A stretch of DNA of 64,000 nucleotides, taken from positions 1,344,001 to 1,408,000 of the forward strand of contig OY762964.1 of NCBI GenBank assembly GCA_963667035.1, given 5' to 3'. A model generated the notes under the pieces. The model saw only the letters and a program-made list of their open reading frames with translations. It was not told where the DNA came from and did not search any database. The stretch's first letter is position 1; every line of letters starts with the position of its first letter. Below, piece after piece: positions 1 to 8,691 of the stretch. Source of the stretch: Candidatus Cloacimonadales bacterium. Its GTDB lineage: Bacteria > Cloacimonadota > Cloacimonadia > Cloacimonadales > JAFGVF01. A program made the position numbers and the translations under genes.

Positions 1-138
1 TGTATAAATGAACCAATAACCTGCAGAAAGCCCTACAAATATCTGTTCGGCAACTTTATAGAGAGGATTGTCTTTATATAGGAAGCTAAGAATAGCAAAT
101 GTAAGGATAGCCCCTATCCAGAGACCTAGAGATGTCAT
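1..138 (-). CDS. Membrane protein, N-terminal part only (runs off window start); 4th gene of the 1-2768 operon
   Basis: Manual translation from ATG at 138: MTSLGLWIGAILTFAILSFLYKDNPLYKVAEQIFVGLSAGYWFIYT, open to position 1; starts just after the upstream gene's stop at 147. Confidence 0.8.
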   Translation of the reverse strand, partial: MTSLGLWIGAILTFAILSFLYKDNPLYKVAEQIFVGLSAGYWFIYT

Positions 139-146
139 AAAGTCTA

Positions 147-968
147 TCATTTCTTGCCTCCTTTCTTCTTATCAACATAGTAGCTTATATTACCCAAAGC
201 AATAAAAACTATAATGATAAGATGTGCTATGGATTGAGCATCCATACCAGCTGTAGCCATTCCAAGTGTGCCTACGAGTTTCTCGTATTCGGCAGCACCT
301 TTTAGTCCTCCGAGTAAACCATGAAGTTGTTGTTGTTTATTCAGATATGGTAACATCTCGGGAGCACTAACAGCAGTAGCTCCTCCGGCAACCGGAACAT
401 TATACTTGTCGTTAGCAACCATTATCCATTCTTTAAGTCCCGGAGAGCCTGCAGAAAACGAGACAGCATAACCTATATTCTCAAAGTTTTTAACATTCTT
501 CATTAGAGGGATATCCGCAATATCGGAGCCGTTGATATCTTTAGGATAAACATTCTCGAAACTTCTACCCATTGCCTGAATTGTTACCATTCCTCCCGCT
601 TTATAGCCAAGGTTAACATAATCCTCTCCATATACAACAGGATAGGTATCTTGCAATGAACGAACTGTATTCTCTCCAATTATAACACCCATGGGCCAGA
701 GTGCAGTTAGAATAACTTTATGTTTTTTGCTGAATGCATGCTCCAGTAATGCTCTTGTCATAGGTTGAAGTTCAGCTTTACTGGCAGGGTCATAATCCAA
801 TGAAATCACAACAGGTGTACCTTCAGGTGTATTCTCAATCAAATCATAAACCAATCTTGAGTTCTCTGAAATTTCAAGATTGAAACCTACTTTAACTAAT
901 AACGGTACAGTCACACCAATGATTAGGATAAGAAATATAATTCTTCTGTCAATTGTTGGAAGTTTCAT
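147..968 (-). CDS. Uncharacterised membrane-anchored protein (N- and C-terminal TM, soluble alpha/beta domain between)
   Basis: 273 aa; N-terminal hydrophobic helix after RR, C-terminal helix followed by KKKGGKK; coupled to upstream gene. Confidence 0.8.
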   Translation of the reverse strand: MKLPTIDRRIIFLILIIGVTVPLLVKVGFNLEISENSRLVYDLIENTPEGTPVVISLDYDPASKAELQPMTRALLEHAFSKKHKVILTALWPMGVIIGENTVRSLQDTYPVVYGEDYVNLGYKAGGMVTIQAMGRSFENVYPKDINGSDIADIPLMKNVKNFENIGYAVSFSAGSPGLKEWIMVANDKYNVPVAGGATAVSAPEMLPYLNKQQQLHGLLGGLKGAAEYEKLVGTLGMATAGMDAQSIAHLIIIVFIALGNISYYVDKKKGGKK

Positions 969-1663
969 TATTTACCTCCTAAATGGGAACGTTCAATTCC
1001 AAGAAGAATTCTTACCGAACTACCAATCACACCAAGTGCAGCAGAAACCATAACTGCTCGTTGTCCCGCTGTTGCCGGATATTTCATTATATAATCTGCA
1101 ATGTTAGGTAAATGCAAAAATCTTAAGCTTTCTGGTAACCAACCTGTCAGACTGCTTCCAACACTGGTTCTGCCTAACATTACGAGGATTGCGGCAACAA
1201 GCAACAATGTAGATTCAGGAGATCTAGCAATAAAAGCTCTATATGCTGCAGAAGCTATAAAGAAAGCCAATAAAGAGAACATAGTAGCTTGCAAATGCTG
1301 ATAGACATTGTTAAAAAGATAATCGAAAGGTTTTGAGCCAAGTAGAGATACAACATTGACACCATCTCCAAGAATACCTCCTTGCTTCTCTGTGCCCCAT
1401 AACAGTCCCATTATAACCATAAAGAAGAATGAGACTATTGTAACAATATAATACTGCCAATTATCTTTCTTATGCTTGATTTTAAGAAATGTCATTGTGA
1501 GAAGACTTATTTGTCCAAGAATTATAGAGAAACCGGCTATAATCATAAACCAATCTTCCAAGCTTGTGCGGATAGTATTAAACGGTGGATGTGGTATAAA
1601 CTCTGAAATAATTATCAGCATCCCTACGAAAAAAGTAATTATTAATGGTAAAGTTCTCTTCAT
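968..1663 (-). CDS. Uncharacterised polytopic membrane protein
   Basis: 231 aa, about 6 hydrophobic segments, FFIASAAYRAF motif. Confidence 0.8.
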   Translation of the reverse strand: MKRTLPLIITFFVGMLIIISEFIPHPPFNTIRTSLEDWFMIIAGFSIILGQISLLTMTFLKIKHKKDNWQYYIVTIVSFFFMVIMGLLWGTEKQGGILGDGVNVVSLLGSKPFDYLFNNVYQHLQATMFSLLAFFIASAAYRAFIARSPESTLLLVAAILVMLGRTSVGSSLTGWLPESLRFLHLPNIADYIMKYPATAGQRAVMVSAALGVIGSSVRILLGIERSHLGGK

Positions 1664-1670
1664 TTATTCC

Positions 1671-2768
1671 TCACTTCATTGACAAGAAGTCTCTAAGTCC
1701 CGTTACACCAAAAATCTCAAGTATAATTCCTATAATTAATACAGCTACAAAAATTGCTTTACCCCAATCTTGTCCTTTTAGACCTCCTAGTTGAGAAGGT
1801 TCTTTTGACAGATAAGCCGAAGCAGCAAAGAGTTCTTCACCTATTAAAGTAAAATCACAGGCTGCAACAAAAAAAGGTAACTGAGAAGACATAGCTGTAC
1901 CTGCAGTTTGTATTGCACCGCTTGCAAAACCGGTTTCCGCTAAGATGAGAGATTCTGCATAGAAAGTTCCAAGATAGAAGTTAGCTGCGGGTTTATCTCT
2001 AAGGATGATACCGTCAACACCGGCTACAAAACCGAATTGGTCATCTGTTAGATAGAAAATAGTATCGGGATTAAAAGCATCAGGTCTTCCTGCTTGCAGA
2101 TATGCTTCTTTAACAATTTCTCTTGCTGCCGAAAGAACCATGGAACGACATACAGGTACTAAAATCTCAGAGTCATAAGTAGCAGCTTTTTTTGCAAGAT
2201 GGCTTAATATAGTTAAACCGGCTATTGTTTGCATATCATCAAGATCCATGATGCCTGGTACAAACAAGATTGGTCTACCCATCTCAGTTGCTCTTCCTAC
2301 AGCTTCATCCATTGATTCGAGTCCTGATATTCTTCTAATATACAAGTCCTTACCACTTCTGGCAGAGATAATAAAGTATACAATCAATCCCATTAAAAGA
2401 ATTGCAGTAATCAAGACAGGAACCTTTGTCTTGTTAAACCACTGGGCAACAGGTTTACCAATCAGAGTCTGTGAAGTTAGTAATGAATCGGCTTGATAGA
2501 ATCCTACCCTATACTTATACTTTTTTTTGTAATCAAGTTCTTTGTCTTGATATGTTTTAACTCCATTTGTGATAGAGATTATTTCCTTATAATCTCCTGA
2601 TTCATCTTCTCGCTCGATTATTACCTTATCGATATTTACTTTTCCTATGTCCCATTCTAGGAGTAGCACACTACCATCATCATTTGGTAAATCATTAATA
2701 GTTGATTGAATTGAGAAAATGCATATTGGTAATATCAGCAATAGAATAGCTATTACATTTCGTCGCAT
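1671..2768 (-). CDS. Membrane protein with FN3-like N-terminal domain and DUF6754-like domain
   Basis: Signal peptide; DLPNDDG..W..YKYRV FN3-like segment; TM; IRRISGL/AVGRATEMGRP and IGEELFAASAYL motifs recalled as DUF6754-like. Confidence 0.7.
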   Translation of the reverse strand: MRRNVIAILLLILPICIFSIQSTINDLPNDDGSVLLLEWDIGKVNIDKVIIEREDESGDYKEIISITNGVKTYQDKELDYKKKYKYRVGFYQADSLLTSQTLIGKPVAQWFNKTKVPVLITAILLMGLIVYFIISARSGKDLYIRRISGLESMDEAVGRATEMGRPILFVPGIMDLDDMQTIAGLTILSHLAKKAATYDSEILVPVCRSMVLSAAREIVKEAYLQAGRPDAFNPDTIFYLTDDQFGFVAGVDGIILRDKPAANFYLGTFYAESLILAETGFASGAIQTAGTAMSSQLPFFVAACDFTLIGEELFAASAYLSKEPSQLGGLKGQDWGKAIFVAVLIIGIILEIFGVTGLRDFLSMK

Positions 2769-2949
2769 ATACTCTCCGTTTTCTTGTAATAGCTAATTTA
2801 TTGTTAAAGGATTATCTGTGTCAATGAAAGAGTTTAAATTGATTTAAATCAATAGTGCACAACATAAGGTTAATACCTTAACGTGAAAAATTAATTGACA
2901 AATCAGAGAATGCACTCATATTCTTATTAATGCGTTAAAGGAGGTTGTT

Positions 2950-3504
2950 ATGTCAGTGAAACAAGATTGCGAGCATATTAAAGTGGAAGAGATAAATCAG
3001 GATACAATCAAAGATATAGAAGATAAAATTGTGTATACTGACGAGAAAAAGCTATTGAATTTCTACGAAAAGCTAAGGTGTCATTGTATTCAATCTGCCG
3101 GGAAAAAGACAGGTAAGATTGGTAAAGAGATAACACAATTACTGCTGTTTCTACCTGATTTTGCAATGTTGGTCATAAGGTTATTTATTGATAAACGCAC
3201 TCCAAAACGTGTGAAGATTATCTTAGGGGGAGTAATCACTTATCTCTTTACTCCTTGGGATATAATACCGGATTTCATACCTATAATAGGTTATGTAGAT
3301 GATTTGGTGTTAGTGGTGATTGCTCTAAACAGTATGCTGAATGAAATTGATCCTGATATTGTTATGGATAATTGGAGCGGCAAGGAAAAACCATTGACCT
3401 TAATTCAACAAATTATTGCAGTGACAGAGAAATTCCTATCTCAAAATATTCTTGTAAGAATTAAAAAGATAGTAACTAATCTATTAGCGGAGAAAGAAAA
3501 GTAA
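2950..3504 (+). CDS. YkvA/DUF1232 family protein
   Basis: YLFTPWDIIPDFIPIIGYVDD motif; SD AGGAGG. Confidence 0.85.
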   Translation: MSVKQDCEHIKVEEINQDTIKDIEDKIVYTDEKKLLNFYEKLRCHCIQSAGKKTGKIGKEITQLLLFLPDFAMLVIRLFIDKRTPKRVKIILGGVITYLFTPWDIIPDFIPIIGYVDDLVLVVIALNSMLNEIDPDIVMDNWSGKEKPLTLIQQIIAVTEKFLSQNILVRIKKIVTNLLAEKEK

Positions 3505-4100
3505 TGAAACTAATGATAGGTTCTAAAAATCCCGATAAAATAAAAGAGATTAAAGAGATATTGGAGACTCTTGATTTAGATATTGAGATATACACAATGT
3601 CTGATTTTGATAACTTACCTGATGTAGTTGAAGATCATTCCACTATTGAAGGAAATGCTATTAAGAAAGCTACTGAATTAGCAAACTTCACCGGATTGCC
3701 TACCTTGGCGGATGACACGGGTTTCTTTATAGATGCACTTGATGGTGCCCCCGGAGTATATGCAGCTAGATTTGCCGGAGAAAATTGCTCATACAGAGAC
3801 AATAGAAACAAAGTAATTAAGTTAATGGAAACATTTAGTGATAGAACTGCCAGCTTTAGAACGGTAGTTGCCTTAGCTGAACCTAACAAATTAGTAGGAA
3901 CAGCTAAAGGTGAAGTTCTTGGTGACATTACTCATGCTGAACATGGGACAAGCGGTTTTGGTTATGATTCAATATTCAGGCTGAGAGAAACCGGAAAGAC
4001 TTTTGGTGAAATGCTTCCCAATGAAAAACATGGTATTAGCCATAGAGGAAGAGCTTTGAAAGCTATTTTACCACAAATAAAAGAATATTTTAGAATGTAG
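3504..4100 (+). CDS. rdgB: RdgB/HAM1 non-canonical purine NTP pyrophosphatase
   Basis: N..K..E, ADDTG, GAPGVYAAR, GFGYDSIF, SHRGRAL motifs. Confidence 0.95.
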   Translation: MKLMIGSKNPDKIKEIKEILETLDLDIEIYTMSDFDNLPDVVEDHSTIEGNAIKKATELANFTGLPTLADDTGFFIDALDGAPGVYAARFAGENCSYRDNRNKVIKLMETFSDRTASFRTVVALAEPNKLVGTAKGEVLGDITHAEHGTSGFGYDSIFRLRETGKTFGEMLPNEKHGISHRGRALKAILPQIKEYFRM

Positions 4101-4109
4101 GAGGATAGA

Positions 4110-4514
4110 TTGAAAAGACTGTTAACAGGATTATTAGTTTCAGGAGTATTGGTGTTTTCCGGTTGCAAAGTACCTAAAGAAAATCCCCAATTGGAAAAAC
4201 CGCAAGAGGTTAAAACCGAAGAAAGCTCAAACTTTTCAATTTCTGAGCAAGTGGAATCTGAACATGGAGAAGCTCCGGAGGATAACAATCACGGCTTATC
4301 AATATCCGAAAGAGTTGAAGCTGAGTATGGTGAAGCCCCGGAAGACGGTCTTACTCCTAGTCAAATAGAGAAGGCAAAAGAAGAGGAAGAAACCAAAAAT
4401 AAGGATATGGGACTCTATAAAAAGGTAGAAAAAGACAGTCTTGAAGATTTCAAACAGAAAGAAACAGATGACTATAATAATTTTAAGAAAACACATAAAT
4501 TATTCGGCAACTAA
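4110..4514 (+). CDS. Small acidic lipoprotein with a 21-aa-period duplication
   Basis: TTG start with SD GGAGG; lipobox FSGC; SISEQVESEHGEAPED / SISERVEAEYGEAPED. Confidence 0.75.
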   Translation: MKRLLTGLLVSGVLVFSGCKVPKENPQLEKPQEVKTEESSNFSISEQVESEHGEAPEDNNHGLSISERVEAEYGEAPEDGLTPSQIEKAKEEEETKNKDMGLYKKVEKDSLEDFKQKETDDYNNFKKTHKLFGN

Positions 4515-4526
4515 GAGGAGTTTGTA

Positions 4527-5885
4527 ATGGTAAATCCACAGATATTCAGACAATATGATATCCGAGGTATAGTAGGTAGTGATTTGACAGAAGAATCAGT
4601 TTATCTGATTGGTAAAGGATTTGGTACTTGGTTAAGAAGAAGAAATCTTGCAAGTGTTGTTATTGGAGGAGATGCCAGACTTAGTACACCTTCTTTTAAG
4701 AAACAATTCTCGAAAGGATTAATGGAAACAGGATGTGATGTTACTGATATAGGAATCGTAGCAACTCCCCTTATGTACTTCTCTATTTGGAGTTTGAAAA
4801 CTGATGCTGGTGCTATGATTACAGCCAGTCATAATCCTTCCGAGTATAATGGAATAAAGCTTAACAATGGCTTAGCAAGTGTTTATGGATCGGAAATCAA
4901 AGATGTTCTTAAACATATACAGGATAGTGATTTTGAAACCGGAAACGGTAGTTTCACTGAAGATAACACAATTGAAAACAAGTATTTTGAATATATTTTT
5001 AATAGCATTAAGCTTGAAAGACCGTTAAAGGTTGTTGTTGACGGTGGTAATGGAATGGGCGGACCTTATCTTCCCCACCTTCTTAAACAAATGGGATGCG
5101 ATGTAACGGAAATTTTCTGTGAACCTGATGGTAACTTCCCTAATCATCATCCTGATCCAACTATTTTAAAGAATAATCAGCAATTGATTGCTAAAGTGAA
5201 AGAAATAGGTGCAGATGTAGGTATCGGTTTAGACGGTGATGCAGACCGCATTGGTGTTATTGACGAAAGAGGTAATATGCTTTATGGTGACCAGATTCTT
5301 AATATAATCGCTCGTGATTTTCTAAAGAAGAATCCTGGAGAATTTGTTTTAGCTGATGTTAAATGTTCTAAGAACCTGTTTGATGATATTGTAAAATACA
5401 ATGGCAAACCGATAATGTATAAAACAGGTCATGCTAATATTAAGAACGAAATGAGAAACAGAGGTATTAAAGTAGGCGGTGAGATGTCAGGGCATATTTT
5501 CCTAAAAGACAGATTTCTTGGTTTCGATGATGCAATATATGTCAGTTGCAGATTCATAGAAATAATGTCTTTAACTAACGAGCCTGTAAGTAGCTTCCTC
5601 GCTGATCAACCTAAGATGTTCAATACGCCTGAGATTCATATCAATGTACCTGAAGAGAAGAAGTTTGATATTGTTGCTAAAGTAGTTCAAACTTTTAAAG
5701 ATGAAGGCTATGAAGTTAACGATATTGACGGAGTTAGAGTTACTTTTGAGGACGGTTGGGGACTTTGCAGAGCTTCGAATACTACTCCTGTATTAGTATT
5801 GAGATTCGAAGCAACAACAGAAGCTAGAATGGAAGAGATTAAAGAATTATTCAATAAAAAACTGGACGCTATACTAAACTCATAA
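4527..5885 (+). CDS. Phosphomannomutase/phosphoglucomutase (AlgC-like)
   Basis: FRQYDIRG, TASHNP phosphoserine loop, DGDADR metal loop, GEMSGH, RASNT. Confidence 0.95.
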   Translation: MVNPQIFRQYDIRGIVGSDLTEESVYLIGKGFGTWLRRRNLASVVIGGDARLSTPSFKKQFSKGLMETGCDVTDIGIVATPLMYFSIWSLKTDAGAMITASHNPSEYNGIKLNNGLASVYGSEIKDVLKHIQDSDFETGNGSFTEDNTIENKYFEYIFNSIKLERPLKVVVDGGNGMGGPYLPHLLKQMGCDVTEIFCEPDGNFPNHHPDPTILKNNQQLIAKVKEIGADVGIGLDGDADRIGVIDERGNMLYGDQILNIIARDFLKKNPGEFVLADVKCSKNLFDDIVKYNGKPIMYKTGHANIKNEMRNRGIKVGGEMSGHIFLKDRFLGFDDAIYVSCRFIEIMSLTNEPVSSFLADQPKMFNTPEIHINVPEEKKFDIVAKVVQTFKDEGYEVNDIDGVRVTFEDGWGLCRASNTTPVLVLRFEATTEARMEEIKELFNKKLDAILNS

Positions 5886-5908
5886 GATTTAGAGTTATAT
5901 ATACCCTT

Positions 5909-5946
5909 GCAGGAAAGGATTAATAGTTCTTTCCTGCTTTATTTTA
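5909..5946 (+). terminator. Hairpin after PMM/PGM, possible intrinsic terminator
   Basis: GCAGGAAAG ... CTTTCCTGC followed by TTTATTTT. Confidence 0.5.
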
Positions 5947-5963
5947 ATCAGGAAGGTAGAAAA

Positions 5964-7835
5964 ATCGGACGTATATTAGTTACAGCAGAACATTTGAGAA
6001 AAGCTTTTGGAGAAAAAGTAATACTTGAAGATTGTTCTTTTGGAATTCATGAAGGAAACAAGATAGGAATCATTGGTACAAATGGTGCCGGTAAGAGTAC
6101 TCTAATGAAGCTTATAGCGGAAGCTATACCGCTTGATTCAGGTAAGATAACATATAGAAATCAAATAAGAGTAGCGTTTTTACCTCAAAATCCCGAATTT
6201 AATCCGGATAATACTGTGATTGAGCAGGTATATGATAGTGAGCATCCTCATTTTGATATTATAAGAAAGTATCATCACATAAGGATTGAACTGGAGAGTA
6301 ATCCTACTGACAAGTTAGCTAAAGAGCTGACTGAGTTAAGTGAGTATATGGATGTTAACAAGATTTGGTCTATTGAATCGGAAGCCAGATCACTACTTTC
6401 TCAATTCGGATTGAATGACTTTGATAAATCTGTTTCACTCCTATCGGGTGGTCAAGGAAGAAAACTTGATATTGTACGCACAATACTTGGTAAACCAGAT
6501 GTTCTATTATTAGACGAACCGACCAACCATCTTGATATTGATACTATAGAGTGGCTTCAGAATTATCTGGTTGATTACAATGGTACAATCCTGTTTGTTA
6601 CTCATGACAGATACTTTCTAGATTCTATCTGCAATATGATTGCCGAAGTAGAGAGAGGTAGTATTAACTGGTATCAAGGGAACTATTCTTATTATGTTGA
6701 AAAGAAACAAAACGCAATTACTGACCTTAATAGAAAGGAGACCAGAAGAAAAGCTCAACTCCAAAAAGAGCTAAAGTGGCTACAAAGAGGAGCTCAAGCA
6801 AGAACCTCCAAACCTAAGAATCATATAGATAGAGTTAAAGAGTTATTGGATAAGTCATATCTTGTTGAGAATAAAGAATTAGAAATCTCCTTCACTAGTA
6901 ATCGTTTAGGTAAAACTATCCTGGAAATAGGGCATTTAAATAAGGCTTATGGAGAAGAGAAACTCTTACAGGACTTCTCTCACATGTTCCAAAAGAATGA
7001 GAGAATCGGTATATTAGGACCTAACGGTTGTGGTAAAACAACCCTATTGAAGCTGATAACAGGTGAAATAGAACCTGATTCAGGTAAGATAAAAGTTGGA
7101 ATTAATACACAATTTGCTTATTTCTCTCAAGCATTAGAGGAGTTACCTCCTGAAAAGAGAGTTTTAGAGTATATCACAGACTATGCCGAAAATATAAGAA
7201 CCAAAGACGGAGTTCTACATTCTGCTAGTGAGATGCTCGATAGATTCTTGTTCGACGGCAAACATCAGCAAAGTAAGATTAAAAGTCTTTCAGGTGGTGA
7301 AAAGAAACGGTTGTATCTCCTTAAATCTCTTATGTTTGGTGCAAATTTTATCATACTGGATGAACCGACAAACGATCTCGATTTAAAAACTCTAGAGATA
7401 CTTGAAGACTATCTTGATGCATTTATCGGATGTGTTCTTGTTGTATCTCATGACAGGTATTTCTTAGATAGAGTTGTTGATACACTCTTCATCTTTGAGT
7501 CTGATAAGATTAGGAAATTTGCAGGTAATTATTCGGACTATCTACTTGTGAAGAGATTCAATAAAGTTGAAACTCAAGAAAAGAAGAAAGTGGAACCTGT
7601 AAGAGAAAACAAACCATCAAACAAGCTTTCATATAAATATGTAAGAGAGCTTGAAGCTATTCAAGTAAAAATTGATGAAATAGAGAATAGACAAGCCGAT
7701 TTATCGGAAACAATCAACACTAAAGCTGAGGAACTAACAGCAGAACAGTTTAAAGCGATAGATGAAGAGAATAAATCACTTGAAGTAGAAATGGATAATC
7801 TGTTATCAAGATGGGAAGAAATAGAATCTATGTAA
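5964..7835 (+). CDS. ABC-F family ATPase (Uup-like); start uncertain (ATC 5964 or TTG 5907)
   Basis: Two ABC domains (GTNGAGKS/LSGGQ/LLDEPTN and GPNGCGKT/LSGGE/ILDEPTN), no TM, C-terminal coiled coil ending LLSRWEE. Confidence 0.9.
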   Translation: MGRILVTAEHLRKAFGEKVILEDCSFGIHEGNKIGIIGTNGAGKSTLMKLIAEAIPLDSGKITYRNQIRVAFLPQNPEFNPDNTVIEQVYDSEHPHFDIIRKYHHIRIELESNPTDKLAKELTELSEYMDVNKIWSIESEARSLLSQFGLNDFDKSVSLLSGGQGRKLDIVRTILGKPDVLLLDEPTNHLDIDTIEWLQNYLVDYNGTILFVTHDRYFLDSICNMIAEVERGSINWYQGNYSYYVEKKQNAITDLNRKETRRKAQLQKELKWLQRGAQARTSKPKNHIDRVKELLDKSYLVENKELEISFTSNRLGKTILEIGHLNKAYGEEKLLQDFSHMFQKNERIGILGPNGCGKTTLLKLITGEIEPDSGKIKVGINTQFAYFSQALEELPPEKRVLEYITDYAENIRTKDGVLHSASEMLDRFLFDGKHQQSKIKSLSGGEKKRLYLLKSLMFGANFIILDEPTNDLDLKTLEILEDYLDAFIGCVLVVSHDRYFLDRVVDTLFIFESDKIRKFAGNYSDYLLVKRFNKVETQEKKKVEPVRENKPSNKLSYKYVRELEAIQVKIDEIENRQADLSETINTKAEELTAEQFKAIDEENKSLEVEMDNLLSRWEEIESM

Positions 7836-8013
7836 TAATTAGTTTCTATAGTAATCAAGCATGAGGTTGTGTAGTATTTTAGATATCATTGACTTGTCAT
7901 AAGATACTAAGCATATTACTTACTTGATTGGCGTAACCGGTACAGATTAAACCACAGTGCCACATTTGTTTACAATATTCAACTCCCATCACTGCTATAT
8001 TAACTATCTAAGC

Positions 8014-8691
8014 TTAGTTATTAAGCTTCTTTTTACCTCTCACAACTCTCTGTGCTGCCATTCTGAATATTCTCTGATAAGCAACATTATCAGGACTTGA
8101 TTTAAGTGCTGTTTCTAAGAATGGCAATGCTTTTTCATAGTCATGGGACTGCATTATTATAGAAGTTCCTAGAAGATAATTTACTGTAGTATTATCATTA
8201 TCTAAGCTGAATGCTTCTTCTAAACTGATAATTGCATCACTAAACTTTTTATTATCATATTTCTGAAGGGCGTGTTTTATAAGCTTTTGGACTCGAATAT
8301 ATTGGTTACGTTTATCTGCATCTGATACAGTAGCTAAGTATTTCTTATAATTGATATTAGTCGGATGATCTTTAACTAATACTTTAAGTAATCTAATTGC
8401 TTCCTGCCAATCTCCGGTATGGAGTTTACACTCAGCCATAGAGACCATTGCTATCTCGTTATCCGGATATACAGCTAGTACTTTCAACAGATAAGACTCT
8501 GCTTTCCCGTATTTTGCACGAGAAAGCAAAGTCAACGCATAGTTATATTGATTTTCGGGACTATTCTCTATAAGCAAGAGCTTCTCAAACGCTTTTGATG
8601 CTTTATCGATTCTCCCTCTTGCCATCAAACTCTGTCCCTTTATTCTGAGACGTTTCTTTTTATAATCATTCAGCATTTCTGCAATCATCAA
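8014..8691 (-). CDS. Tetratricopeptide repeat protein
   Basis: Repeated TPR-like helical units (A..YL.K.L..YPDN). Confidence 0.8.
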   Translation of the reverse strand: MMIAEMLNDYKKKRLRIKGQSLMARGRIDKASKAFEKLLLIENSPENQYNYALTLLSRAKYGKAESYLLKVLAVYPDNEIAMVSMAECKLHTGDWQEAIRLLKVLVKDHPTNINYKKYLATVSDADKRNQYIRVQKLIKHALQKYDNKKFSDAIISLEEAFSLDNDNTTVNYLLGTSIIMQSHDYEKALPFLETALKSSPDNVAYQRIFRMAAQRVVRGKKKLNN

